DNA of 64,000 nucleotides, taken from contig JAKFCY010000003.1 of NCBI GenBank assembly GCA_036676395.1, positions 96,001 through 160,000 on the forward strand, written 5' to 3'. The DNA is from Bdellovibrio sp. GTDB taxonomy: Bacteria > Bdellovibrionota > Bdellovibrionia > Bdellovibrionales > Bdellovibrionaceae. Both the position numbers and the translations under genes were made by a program. Positions 9,584 through 19,782 of the stretch are shown one piece after another. The notes under the pieces were generated by a model, which saw nothing but the letters and a program-made list of their open reading frames with translations, was not told the origin of the DNA and did no database searches. Within the stretch, counting starts at the first letter, position 1. The number at the start of each line of letters is the position of its first letter.

Positions 9584-11188
9584 CTATTCAGGGCTTGTTT
9601 GGTTACTGTCGTACTGAAGCGCCACATAAGACATGAGGTCTGTGCATGACAAACTATCAACGGCTTTCGAGATAAGGCTATCGTTAATGTTTAAATTATT
9701 TTGTTTGTTACAAAACTGTAACGGTAGCTCTAATTTTTTGTGCGACGACACTAAATTGACCGGCTTGATCGGATTGATATAGTTATTTTCTTCGCTTGAA
9801 TCATTAGTTTTTGCTTCAGCTAATTCGATATCCGGAGTTACCCCGTAAAACTGAGTAGATCTGCCGCTTGGTAATAAATAAAAACCTTTTGTTTTGAAAA
9901 AGCCGATGTTTTTTGATTTATCCCAAGATTCGATTTCTTGAAATGTGCCTTTACCAAAAGTTTTTGCACCGATCACGATACCGCGACGGTATTCTTGAAT
10001 CGCTCCGGCAAAAAGTTCTGCAGCACTTGCTGAATTTGTATTAACTAACACCGCAAGCGCGCCAGAATAAATTCTTTCAGCACTTGTTAATACCACTTCG
10101 TTAGATTTTGATAAATCAAAGTATTCAACTGAGTAAATCGTCTTGTTTTCGCCAATGAAAAGACCTGTTAAACAAGCCGCTTCTGATAAATGCCCACCTG
10201 GATTATCACGCAAATCTAAAACTAAGCCCGAGATATTTTTATCGGCCATTTCTAAAATCGCTGTACTGACTTCGCTGCAGGTGTTCTTAGAAAACTTAGA
10301 AATCGTGATCACACCGAAATTACGTGGGCCAGTTACAACTTCTGCGTAAACTTGGCTTAATACACGGTACGTGCGTTGCACGTTTTTAACTAATGTTGCA
10401 CCGTCGCGCTTAATATTAAAATTAAAAATACGAATGTTACGGTCTTTTAAAATCTGGCCTGCGTCAGATAAACTTAATGATTCAGCTTTTTGCCCGTTGA
10501 TTGAATTTACGGTGTCTCCGGCTAACAAACCACTCGCTGCGGCATCTGAATTGCGCACTACTTTTTTAATACGTAATTGACCGTGATGGTCTTTTTCAAA
10601 ACTTAAGCCTACGAAAAACGGCGATCTATCAGACTGCGAACTGACTTGATCAAAGTACGCCATTGGCAAAATATAAGTGTGTGGATCTTTGCTAACTGAC
10701 AGGTAACCGTTGATCCCCTGAGCTAATAAATATCTTAGCGGCGTTTTTTGACCAGCTTTAGCTAAAATTAAATCCCACAAGTTATCAAATGAAAAACTTG
10801 AATTGATGTGCTCTTTATAGATTTTTGAAAACGGAGCTAGAGTTTCTTTTTCTTTAAAATTATCTAAGCTTGTTGTTTCATTGTACGCCGGCCAGATTTC
10901 GCCAGTTAAACCTAAGCGCTCCGATGTTAAGGCTAAGGCATTATTCACAGAATTTACGCAGGCTAAAAAGTATTTTTCAGATAAGTGGCAAGTTTTATCG
11001 TTAACTAATTTACGTAGTTCTGATTCTTGTAAATCAGATTTTGACCAGTACTCTTCGATTTTGCTGATTTCTAATTTTGATTGTGTTTGAGCCGCATGCA
11101 ACCCCGCAGAGATCCCCCCGATCCCTGCCAGCACAAACCCCATCACAAAACCCATGGCTATCGTAAAAACTATTCCCCATGATCGCAT
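9584..11188 (-). CDS. S41 family carboxyl-terminal protease (PDZ + peptidase)
   Basis: DPHT, PDZ-like segment, LDLRDNPGG, SASAAELFAG and KTFGKG. Confidence 0.93.
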   Translation of the reverse strand: MRSWGIVFTIAMGFVMGFVLAGIGGISAGLHAAQTQSKLEISKIEEYWSKSDLQESELRKLVNDKTCHLSEKYFLACVNSVNNALALTSERLGLTGEIWPAYNETTSLDNFKEKETLAPFSKIYKEHINSSFSFDNLWDLILAKAGQKTPLRYLLAQGINGYLSVSKDPHTYILPMAYFDQVSSQSDRSPFFVGLSFEKDHHGQLRIKKVVRNSDAAASGLLAGDTVNSINGQKAESLSLSDAGQILKDRNIRIFNFNIKRDGATLVKNVQRTYRVLSQVYAEVVTGPRNFGVITISKFSKNTCSEVSTAILEMADKNISGLVLDLRDNPGGHLSEAACLTGLFIGENKTIYSVEYFDLSKSNEVVLTSAERIYSGALAVLVNTNSASAAELFAGAIQEYRRGIVIGAKTFGKGTFQEIESWDKSKNIGFFKTKGFYLLPSGRSTQFYGVTPDIELAEAKTNDSSEENNYINPIKPVNLVSSHKKLELPLQFCNKQNNLNINDSLISKAVDSLSCTDLMSYVALQYDSNQTSPE

Positions 11189-11238
11189 CTATACACCCCA
11201 AATAGGTTCTACACGAACCTTCCCAGTGACAAAATAGA

Positions 11239-11253
11239 GCAACCTTAAGGCCA
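11239..11253 (-). promoter_or_regulatory. sigma54-type -24/-12 promoter
   Basis: TGGCCTTAAGGTTGC upstream of the S41 protease gene. Confidence 0.6.
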
Positions 11254-11382
11254 CAAAAAATACCTCTCAAAACCCATAAAATGGCCTTCTGCCCCAGTAT
11301 TAGGAAAGTTTTTCAAACTTGATCAAAACAACCACACACAAAATACTTGCGAACATCGAGTGTCATGCCAGATACTCAGCTC

Positions 11383-12351
11383 ATGATTATCGTAACCGGA
11401 GCCAATGGCTTTATTGGAAGCGCAATGGTTTGGCAGCTCAATCAAATGGGCCATACAAACATCATTGCCACAGACACAGTTGATCTTACAAAACGCAATC
11501 TTTTACACAAAAGACAGTATGCTGAATTTTTTCAAGCCTCAGAATTATGGAGCTTCTTAGCGACTCCCGAAGCACAGAAAAAAGTAACATGGATTATTCA
11601 CATGGGCGCCTGTTCTTCAACAACTGAAAAAGACTGGGAATACCTTTACGAAAATAATTTCTTATATTCGCAAAGATTATTCGAGTGGTCTGCCCGTTAC
11701 AAAAAAAATCTGATCTACGCAAGCTCTGCTGCCACTTATGGTGAAGGCGAAAATGGTTTTGAAGACACTTACGATTCTGAAAAATTAAAACCATTAAATC
11801 TATACGGCGAATCTAAAGTGATTATGGACCGTTGGGCGATGAAACAAAAAGCGACACCTGAAAATTGGTATGCTTTAAAATTTTTCAATGTGTTTGGCCC
11901 GAACGAATACGAAAAAGGTTCGATGGCCTCAGTGGCCTACAAATCTTATCACCACTTACAAAAAAATGATTCATTAGGTTTATTTAAATCTTACAACGCC
12001 AATTACATGGACGGTAAGCAAGTGCGCGATTTCGTTTATGTGAAAGATGTTGTTCGCTGGATGACTGAACTGATGGACAAAAAACCGGCAAGCGGTATTT
12101 ACAACATGGGTTACGGAGAAACGCGCTCATGGTTAGATATGGCTGAAGCCCTTTTTAAAGCCTTAGGTAAAGAGCAAAAAATCAAATGGCTTGATATGCC
12201 CGAAGATATTAAAAACCAATATCAATATTATACTTTAGCTAACATGACTAAGTGGAAGCAGGCTGGCATGTCTGAACCTGAATGGCCGCTTGAAAAAGCC
12301 ATTGCTGATTATGTGCAAAACTATTTGTCACAAAAAGATCCTTGGTTATAA
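11383..12351 (+). CDS. hldD: ADP-L-glycero-D-manno-heptose 6-epimerase
   Basis: MIIVTGANGFIGS, HMGACSSTTE, YASSAATYG, YGESK and FFNVFGPNE; start at ATG 11383. Confidence 0.93.
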   Translation: MIIVTGANGFIGSAMVWQLNQMGHTNIIATDTVDLTKRNLLHKRQYAEFFQASELWSFLATPEAQKKVTWIIHMGACSSTTEKDWEYLYENNFLYSQRLFEWSARYKKNLIYASSAATYGEGENGFEDTYDSEKLKPLNLYGESKVIMDRWAMKQKATPENWYALKFFNVFGPNEYEKGSMASVAYKSYHHLQKNDSLGLFKSYNANYMDGKQVRDFVYVKDVVRWMTELMDKKPASGIYNMGYGETRSWLDMAEALFKALGKEQKIKWLDMPEDIKNQYQYYTLANMTKWKQAGMSEPEWPLEKAIADYVQNYLSQKDPWL

Positions 12352-12354
12352 ATT

Positions 12355-14001
12355 ATGTATGAACTTCCTCAGCATTTAAAAAAATACTGTGTAGACCAAA
12401 ATTACGCGCGCTATACGCCGATCGATCAGGCCACCTGGCGCTATTGCCTGCGTCAGCTAAAAGATTTTTTATCTAAAAACGCGCACCCTATTTATATCGA
12501 AGGTTTAGAAAAAACCGGCATCAGCGAAGAACAAATTCCGCGTATTGAAGAAATGAGTGAAAAACTTAAAAACTTCGGCTGGACAGCCATGCCTGTTTCT
12601 GGATTTATTCCACCAGCAGCATTTATGGAATTACAATCGTTATCAATTTTACCGATTGCTTCTGACATGCGAAGTATTGATCACTTACTTTATACTCCTG
12701 CTCCGGATATCGTGCATGAAGCTGCAGGGCATGCGCCGATTATTGTTGATCCAGAATATGCAGCCTACTTAAAAGAGTATGCGCAAGTGGCGAAAAAAGC
12801 GATTATCAGCAAAGAAGATCTGGATTTGTACGAAGCAATTCGTGAATTATCAGACATTAAAGAAAATCCTACCTCGACTGCAGAACAAATCGCAGCTTCT
12901 GAAAAAAAATTGCAAGACACCATCAGGGCTTCAACTCATGTTTCTGAAGCCTCTGAATTATCACGTATGAACTGGTGGACAGCTGAATACGGTTTAATTG
13001 GTACTGTCGATAATCCAAAAATATTTGGCGCAGGATTATTATCATCTGTTGGCGAATCAAAACTATGCATGTCTGACAAAGTTAAAAAAATTCCCTTAAC
13101 AGTTGATTGCATTAAACAGACTTACGACATCACCGAACCACAACCCCAATTATTTGTGACACCTGATTTTAAAACTCTAGTTAAAGTTTTACACCAAATG
13201 GCTGGAACTATGGCTTACCGTATTGGCGGTAAAGCCGGTTTAGATAAAGCTATTCAGGCAAAATCTGTAAACACTGTTGAACTTGATACAGGCTTACAAA
13301 TCAGTGGCGTTGTGACTGAATACATTCAAGATTCTTCAGGTCATGTGATTTACATTAAATTCGCAGGACCGACACAAATCAGTCGTAACGACCAGCAATT
13401 ACCAGGACATAATAAAGAATATCACCAGCATGGTTATAGCTTTCCGCTAGGAAGCTATAAAACGGTTGGCAATACTTTGCAGTATGACTCTGGTGTTACG
13501 GTAACAGGTGATTTAGTTAAAACTGAACACGGCATTATGACTTTTAAAAACTGCACAGTGAAATACAAAGACCAAACACTATTTCAACCTGACTGGGGTA
13601 ATTTTGATATTACCATGGGTAATAAAGTGGTTTCAGTATTTGGCGGAGCCGCAGATCGCAAAAGTTATGGTGATACCGATGACTTCGTAGCAGCACGTGT
13701 GCCGACGCCAAATTACAACGCTGAACAAAAGGCTTTATTCGCGCTCTATCAAAAAGTTCGCGATTACCGCAAAGCTCGCTCTGAGTGGTCAGATTCTACG
13801 ACGATGGCTTTATTTGACCAGTGTTTAAACCAAGCTTCAGACCAATGGTTATTATTTGTTGAGATTCTAGAAATTGCTATAATGAGCAAACTTTCGCCAG
13901 TGTTAACGAAAAAAATGGAAGCTCACTTACAAACTATCAAATCTAACAACGAAAAATTGACATCAGTTATAGATGATGGTGTACGTCTAGCTTATGCGTA
14001 A
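12355..14001 (+). CDS. phhA: Phenylalanine 4-monooxygenase, long form
   Basis: YTPAPDIVHEAAGHAP iron ligands, WWTAEYGL and GAGLLSSVGE; long C-terminal extension. Confidence 0.9.
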   Translation: MYELPQHLKKYCVDQNYARYTPIDQATWRYCLRQLKDFLSKNAHPIYIEGLEKTGISEEQIPRIEEMSEKLKNFGWTAMPVSGFIPPAAFMELQSLSILPIASDMRSIDHLLYTPAPDIVHEAAGHAPIIVDPEYAAYLKEYAQVAKKAIISKEDLDLYEAIRELSDIKENPTSTAEQIAASEKKLQDTIRASTHVSEASELSRMNWWTAEYGLIGTVDNPKIFGAGLLSSVGESKLCMSDKVKKIPLTVDCIKQTYDITEPQPQLFVTPDFKTLVKVLHQMAGTMAYRIGGKAGLDKAIQAKSVNTVELDTGLQISGVVTEYIQDSSGHVIYIKFAGPTQISRNDQQLPGHNKEYHQHGYSFPLGSYKTVGNTLQYDSGVTVTGDLVKTEHGIMTFKNCTVKYKDQTLFQPDWGNFDITMGNKVVSVFGGAADRKSYGDTDDFVAARVPTPNYNAEQKALFALYQKVRDYRKARSEWSDSTTMALFDQCLNQASDQWLLFVEILEIAIMSKLSPVLTKKMEAHLQTIKSNNEKLTSVIDDGVRLAYA

Positions 14002-14770
14002 GCTGGATGTACGAATCGTATTAATTAAATCAATCTATGAACGAAATATCGGGTCAACGTCACGGGCGATGGCCAATATGGGTTTCAAAAATTTAATTCT
14101 TTTAGCCCCACAGTGTGAAATCACTTTTGATGCCCAACAAGCCGCAGCCACTGGTCAATACGCTTTACAAAATCGCGTGGTTTATAAAAATTGGGCTGAA
14201 TTTTTTAAAAACGAACCCCAGGGTTTAATGATTGCAACCACTGCGCGTGATGGCCGCGGTCGCCAGGCGCAAGACTTACAATCCACTTTAAACTATTTCT
14301 TAGAAACCAATGCCGACTTAAAAAAAGAATCTGAGAATCCATTTGTGATTCATATCGTGTTTGGGCCAGAAGATGCAGGTTTAGCTGCCGAAGATATTTC
14401 ACATGCGAATTTTTGCTGCTCAATTCCTACTTACGGCGACAACACCAGTCTTAACCTTGCGCAGGCGACGTTACTTGCGATGTTCATCACACGCTCTGTA
14501 TTTGGCGGTGAAAAAGCTCAGCTTGAGGGCCAGCAAAAACCTAAAGCCTTACAGAAAAAAGACGAAGGTATTTTTCCGGATGAATCACTTCGCACTTGGT
14601 TAACTGAAATGGGATTTGCGTTAGATAAGAAAAAAATTAATGTCTACACGACATTAAAGCGCATGCTTTTACAAAATACGCCGTCGGCTAAAGAATTTCG
14701 CGTGCTTGAGATTGTATTACAACAAAGTATCAGAAAACTTCGCGCACTAAATGATCTGAAAAAAGACTAG
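13994..14770 (+). CDS. TrmJ/TrmH-family SPOUT RNA methyltransferase
   Basis: NIGSTSRAMANMG, VFGPEDAGL and SLNLAQA. Confidence 0.9.
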   Translation: MRKLDVRIVLIKSIYERNIGSTSRAMANMGFKNLILLAPQCEITFDAQQAAATGQYALQNRVVYKNWAEFFKNEPQGLMIATTARDGRGRQAQDLQSTLNYFLETNADLKKESENPFVIHIVFGPEDAGLAAEDISHANFCCSIPTYGDNTSLNLAQATLLAMFITRSVFGGEKAQLEGQQKPKALQKKDEGIFPDESLRTWLTEMGFALDKKKINVYTTLKRMLLQNTPSAKEFRVLEIVLQQSIRKLRALNDLKKD

Positions 14771-14783
14771 CCGTCCGCGACGA

Positions 14784-15152
14784 CTAGCCAGCTAGGCTTC
14801 GTACTTTTTTAATTTTTTGATCTAAAACCGAAATATGCTCTGTTAATGACTTACCCTGATCATGCAAATCGGCGATGCGCTCATGGGCATCTTCGGTCAT
14901 CGAACCCACTAATTGCAGATTTTCAATCACCATATGAGTTTCTTCGATCTGGGCCTTAACGCTTTCGATCTTCTGAAACAGGGTTTGTTTCTGTTCGCTA
15001 AGTTCACGCATGGTTTCATGAATAAACTCCTGCGGCAGACCTTTAAGTTCTTTAATTTTTGGAAGATCTTCTTCTACGAAAGCTTCTATAAGAAGAGACC
15101 ATTCGGATTTCAGGGAACCTTTAGTAGCACTACTATGACTGTCATCGTTCAT
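14784..15152 (-). CDS. Coiled-coil hypothetical protein
   Basis: 122-aa heptad-rich ORF with an extended -10 box directly upstream. Confidence 0.7.
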   Translation of the reverse strand: MNDDSHSSATKGSLKSEWSLLIEAFVEEDLPKIKELKGLPQEFIHETMRELSEQKQTLFQKIESVKAQIEETHMVIENLQLVGSMTEDAHERIADLHDQGKSLTEHISVLDQKIKKVRSLAG

Positions 15153-15237
15153 ACTATGATTGTAACAATGCTGAATAGCATAAGTAACTAGACGATAGAC
15201 TAGACACTGTGGCTTTTAAGTATATAAGATTTAATAA

Positions 15238-16356
15238 ATGAATTTAGGACTTTTATTTATTGCAGCATTATTAGGTAGCTCTTTAGCCCTGGCCAAAGGT
15301 CCTGAAGTCGCATCTGCCCCGGTGATTTCTTTTAGTACTAAACCGGCAGTCAGCGGCAGCGATAGTATTTTATTATCTTTTAACGGCGATCTGATTATTC
15401 ATGAAGATCTTTACAAAAAAGTAATGGCCGATAAAAATCACGACTTTTCTATTCTTTGGAAAAAGACAATTCCCCTAATTACCAAAGCCGATTTTTCATA
15501 TGTGAATATGGAAGGGCCAACGGCTCTGGGTATCAACAACAAATTAAAAAACAAAGGTGATGTAGGTTTTGTTTATGATAACGAAGTCTATAGTGGCACA
15601 GATTTATTATTTAATTATCACCCCACATTGATCGATGCCCTTCAAAAATCAGGTTTTGATATCGTATCAACGGTCAATAATCATTCGCTGGATCGCGGAG
15701 CAAAAGGCCTAAATTCTACGATCGATGCTTTAACTAAACGTAATATGCCATTCATCGGTTCAAGAAAATCTGGCAGCGAAGATTCACTATACACTATAAC
15801 TAAAGTTAAAAATTTCACGATTGCCTGGATTGGCTGCACCGAAATGCTGAACGGTTTTTTTGATCGCAAGTCACAAGTCTATTTATGCTTTCAGCAGCGC
15901 GAAGAGATTTTAAAACTTATCGCACGCGTGATTTCAGAAAAAAAACCAGATGCCGTGATTATGACTCCGCACTGGGGCGTTGAATATTCACATAAACCTT
16001 CGCAAATTCAAATCGCACTTGCTCATGAATTTTTAGAAATGGGAGCCACTGCGGTGATCGGCTCTCACCCGCATGTCTTACAACCTGTTGAAAAATATGT
16101 GACTGCTGATAAACGCGAAACCTTTATCGCGTATTCACTGGGAAATTTCGTCGCTAATCAACGCGGTATTGAACGAAAATCATCAGCAGTTGTGTATTTA
16201 CAGTTATCTCGAGATAAATCAGGAAAAGCTGTGATCAGTGATTATTATTACGAACCTACGACAAGATTACGTGCAGATATTTTTCCAGCACGTGATGATA
16301 AAGCTGTGGTTAAGCATGTCGAACAGTTTCTAGGACCAATGGGCTCTAAGGAATAA
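15238..16356 (+). CDS. CapA/PGA_cap family metallophosphoesterase, exported
   Basis: GD, NMEG, NNHSLDRG, PHWGVEY, GSHPHVLQ and YSLGNFV; signal peptide. Confidence 0.92.
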   Translation: MNLGLLFIAALLGSSLALAKGPEVASAPVISFSTKPAVSGSDSILLSFNGDLIIHEDLYKKVMADKNHDFSILWKKTIPLITKADFSYVNMEGPTALGINNKLKNKGDVGFVYDNEVYSGTDLLFNYHPTLIDALQKSGFDIVSTVNNHSLDRGAKGLNSTIDALTKRNMPFIGSRKSGSEDSLYTITKVKNFTIAWIGCTEMLNGFFDRKSQVYLCFQQREEILKLIARVISEKKPDAVIMTPHWGVEYSHKPSQIQIALAHEFLEMGATAVIGSHPHVLQPVEKYVTADKRETFIAYSLGNFVANQRGIERKSSAVVYLQLSRDKSGKAVISDYYYEPTTRLRADIFPARDDKAVVKHVEQFLGPMGSKE

Positions 16357-16409
16357 ACGACATCACAAGATAAGCAATCATCAGCACCAAGTGCGTTGCT
16401 CCAGAGCAT

Positions 16410-17519
16410 TTAGTCACGAATAAGCCTTCCGGTTAAATACTGATCAGGAGAAAAAGTCTTATGTTTCACATTTTTAAGCACTAACTTGTGTTCTAAAGCT
16501 GGAATAGAAAAATGCTGCGACCACGATAAACCTTCACCAGATCCAATAATCACAGGCGCGGTAAAGACATGTAAGCGATCAATCAATCCCGCAGTTAAAA
16601 AGCTAGAGTAAGTTCTTGCGCCACCTTCGATAAAAACTGATTTGATTTTTAAATTCCATAATTGATTTAATAAATCATTTAAATCTATGAACTTTAATGT
16701 TTGATAATCAGTCGTAACATCTTTTTGTACGGCAAAGATGATTTTATCTTTTTTGTGTAAATCTAAAAATTTATAAGATTTTTTCGATGCGAGGACTTTT
16801 CCTTCAGGATCAATCACAATTAAAAAATTTTCTTTTTGAATACGCGGATGACGTACATTTAATGAAGGATTATCGGTTTCAATCGTTTTACGACCAACGA
16901 TGACTGCATCATACCACGCGCGTAGTTCATGCACGAATTCGCGTGAACTTTCTGAGGTAATCCATTTGCTTTCGCCACTGGCTAAGGCAATTTGGCCATC
17001 TAAACTTTGCGCCACCTTGGCAGCTACGAAAGTTTTTTTCTCTCTGAAGTTTTTTAAAAACACTTCACAAGTATCTTCAAGATCAGCTTTTAATTCGCCG
17101 TCATATTCTAAACAGCTGATACCAGCGGCGCGAATAATCTGTGCGCCTTGGCCTGCCACCAGCGGATTTGGGTCTTCTAAACCAAAGATCACTCTTTTGA
17201 GTGGCATTTTAGCGAGTGCTTTTGCGCACGACGGAGTTTTACCTTCATGGGCGCAGGGCTCTAAAGTTACATATACTTGTGCATTTTGAAGTTCAAAGTC
17301 GGTTAATTTAGAGTACGCATCAACTTCAGCATGAGGTTCGCCGTATTTATGGTGATAACCGCTGCTTAAGAATTTATTATTTTCATCGAGAATTACACAC
17401 CCAACTAATGGGTTCGGAGACACAAAAGGCGCACCTTTGTACGCCTTTTGAATCGCAAGCTTCATAGCCTGTTCGTCAGATAAAAAATCACCTTTATGAA
17501 AAGTTATTTTTTCATCCAT
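16410..17519 (-). CDS. ribD: Riboflavin biosynthesis bifunctional deaminase/reductase
   Basis: SPNPLVGCV, HAE, TLEPC..TPSC, SLDG and IEGG. Confidence 0.96.
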   Translation of the reverse strand: MDEKITFHKGDFLSDEQAMKLAIQKAYKGAPFVSPNPLVGCVILDENNKFLSSGYHHKYGEPHAEVDAYSKLTDFELQNAQVYVTLEPCAHEGKTPSCAKALAKMPLKRVIFGLEDPNPLVAGQGAQIIRAAGISCLEYDGELKADLEDTCEVFLKNFREKKTFVAAKVAQSLDGQIALASGESKWITSESSREFVHELRAWYDAVIVGRKTIETDNPSLNVRHPRIQKENFLIVIDPEGKVLASKKSYKFLDLHKKDKIIFAVQKDVTTDYQTLKFIDLNDLLNQLWNLKIKSVFIEGGARTYSSFLTAGLIDRLHVFTAPVIIGSGEGLSWSQHFSIPALEHKLVLKNVKHKTFSPDQYLTGRLIRD

Positions 17520-18631
17520 GACTGCCAGTATGAATTCACTTCTGTTTTTTCAATGTAAGGATCAACTTGTAACGGACGTTGCGTATCAATCATCACGGCC
17601 ACTTCATCAGTGAACGTTTTAGGATTTGCGGCAGCTGCTGCAAACGCTTTTGGATGCGGCCCATGCGGCATTCCTGCCGGATGGAACGTCATCATGTTGG
17701 CGTGTAAGTTATCACGGCTAAAGAAGTTTCCGGCGTGATAGAATAACACTTCATCGTAATCAATATTTTGGTGATAGAACGGAACTTTAAGCGCGTCTTT
17801 ATCTGTTTCGATAAGACGTGGTAAGAACGTACAAACCACAAAACCATTCGCAGCAAACGTAGTATGCGTTGACGGTGGCAAGTGTACACGATGAGACATC
17901 ATTGGCATCATATCATCAATGTGAAGTGTAAATGGGAAGTAATCCCCTTTCCAAGCCACAGTGTCATACACGCATTGATCATAAGTAAATTTTGTAACAG
18001 TACCTGCACGACGAATGTTGATCTCTAATGATTCAACACCGTTATCTTTTTTAAATTGATAAAGTTCTTCTAAATTAGGTTTACCTAACGCTGCAAGATC
18101 ATAAAACGCATTACGTCCGACCATGCCACGGTCTGGTTCACGATACATTCCTACTAATGATTCAATGATTAAGAACTGTGTGTCTTCATCAAAAATAACC
18201 GTGTGGTGTAAAGATTTAGGAATATTAATGTAACTACCAACTTTGAATTTTAACAATCCGTACTCAGTTAAAACTTTTCCTGAACCAGTGTGAACGAAAT
18301 ATAATGTTTCGCCATCAACGTTTCTTAAAGCTGGAAGAACTGTTTTACCTTCTTTAAATTGAGTCTTTTTATTCCAACAAGAATAAATCACAACGTCGCT
18401 ATTAAATAATAAACGATTCCATGTTCCATTAACATATTCGCAAGGCACAAGATCATACAAGTGCGGCTTCAATGGACCTTCGATACTTGTCCAACGAGTT
18501 GGCGCTTTATCTTTTAATAAATGAGAAACTGGCCCGAAAAAACCTTTACGGCCATGCTCTTCTTCAAATTGACCTTCCGGAATCCCCTTATGGCCTTGGG
18601 TATGACTTTTACCTTGTGAATATTGATGCAT
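17504..18631 (-). CDS. hmgA: Homogentisate 1,2-dioxygenase
   Basis: EEEHGRKGFFG, HLPPSTHTTF, VPFYHQNIDYDEVLFYH and HGPHP; directly downstream of hppD. Confidence 0.93.
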   Translation of the reverse strand: MHQYSQGKSHTQGHKGIPEGQFEEEHGRKGFFGPVSHLLKDKAPTRWTSIEGPLKPHLYDLVPCEYVNGTWNRLLFNSDVVIYSCWNKKTQFKEGKTVLPALRNVDGETLYFVHTGSGKVLTEYGLLKFKVGSYINIPKSLHHTVIFDEDTQFLIIESLVGMYREPDRGMVGRNAFYDLAALGKPNLEELYQFKKDNGVESLEINIRRAGTVTKFTYDQCVYDTVAWKGDYFPFTLHIDDMMPMMSHRVHLPPSTHTTFAANGFVVCTFLPRLIETDKDALKVPFYHQNIDYDEVLFYHAGNFFSRDNLHANMMTFHPAGMPHGPHPKAFAAAAANPKTFTDEVAVMIDTQRPLQVDPYIEKTEVNSYWQSWMKK

Positions 18632-19728
18632 TATAAATACCCTCTGGCACGTTGATCAGCTTCGATCGCGTCGAATAAGGCCTGGAAGTTTCCATTACCA
18701 AAACCATCGTGACCTTTACGTTGAATCACTTCAAAGAAAACCGGGCCGATTACGTTTTTAGTAAAGATCTGCAATAAATAACCATCATGATCGCCATCAA
18801 CTAAGATCGCATTTTTTTCTAAACGCGCGATATCTTCAGTTACCATTGGTAAGCGTTCTTTTAACATTCCGTAGTACGTGTGCGGCGGAGCGCTTAAGAA
18901 CTCCATTTCGTTTTTACGTAAGTCTTCTAATGTCGGAACAATATCATCAGTGATCATGGCGATATGTTGAATGCCTGAACCTTTATATTCATCTAAGTAC
19001 TCCTGAATTTGAGACTTAGAATCTTGTGGTTCATTGATCGGCACAGAAAATAATGAACATGGTGAACGCATTACTTTTGAAATTAAACCCGTAGATTTAC
19101 CTTTGATATCGAAATAGCGCGCTTCGCGAAAGTTAAAAACTTTCTCATAGAAATCACACCATTTTTGCATTTCGCCTTTAGGTACGTTATTTGTGAAATG
19201 ATCGATAATTTTCATACCTAAACCTGTTGGGTGTAAGTTGTTATTATCTTTTAAGCCGAAAATATTTTCATAAAGTTGTTTATGATTTTTTTCGTCGATG
19301 AAATAAACTAAAGAATCACCGATGCCATAAATTGCCGGAAACGGCGTCGCACCACGTGCAGCTTCAGAACCATCGTAAGCTTTTGCACCGCGAGCAACTG
19401 CCGTTTCAAAAGCTTTGTTAGCATCAGCTACGCGAAAACCGGAAGAAACTACCGCTGGCCCGTGGGCTTTGGCGAAATCCATCGCGAAAGTTCCAGGCTC
19501 AGTGTTTAAAATAAAATTGATGTCACCTTGGCGGTAAAGTTTAATTTTTTTACCCGCAATTTGAGCTACTTCAACAAAGCCCATTTTTTTAAATAAGTTT
19601 TCAAAGTGAACAGCGTCAGCACCGGCATATTCTAAAAAATCTACGCCATAAAGACCGATCGGATTTTGTTCAGTGATTTTCGCTTTTGACCAGTCGATGG
19701 TCACAGGAGTTGGAGCAAATTTTGCCAT
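18631..19728 (-). CDS. hppD: 4-hydroxyphenylpyruvate dioxygenase
   Basis: IDHFTNNV, GIQHIA, LLQIFT and FFEVIQRKGHDGFGNGNFQALF. Confidence 0.97.
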   Translation of the reverse strand: MAKFAPTPVTIDWSKAKITEQNPIGLYGVDFLEYAGADAVHFENLFKKMGFVEVAQIAGKKIKLYRQGDINFILNTEPGTFAMDFAKAHGPAVVSSGFRVADANKAFETAVARGAKAYDGSEAARGATPFPAIYGIGDSLVYFIDEKNHKQLYENIFGLKDNNNLHPTGLGMKIIDHFTNNVPKGEMQKWCDFYEKVFNFREARYFDIKGKSTGLISKVMRSPCSLFSVPINEPQDSKSQIQEYLDEYKGSGIQHIAMITDDIVPTLEDLRKNEMEFLSAPPHTYYGMLKERLPMVTEDIARLEKNAILVDGDHDGYLLQIFTKNVIGPVFFEVIQRKGHDGFGNGNFQALFDAIEADQRARGYL

Positions 19729-19782
19729 TAAAAAACCTCTCTTGATTAATTGGGTAAATCTATCAAAAGGCTTAAGAACGGG

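Noticed and set aside
14766..14789. Short GACTAGCC direct repeat between convergent genes
   Set aside because: Only 8 bp and it includes stop codons; consistent with chance.
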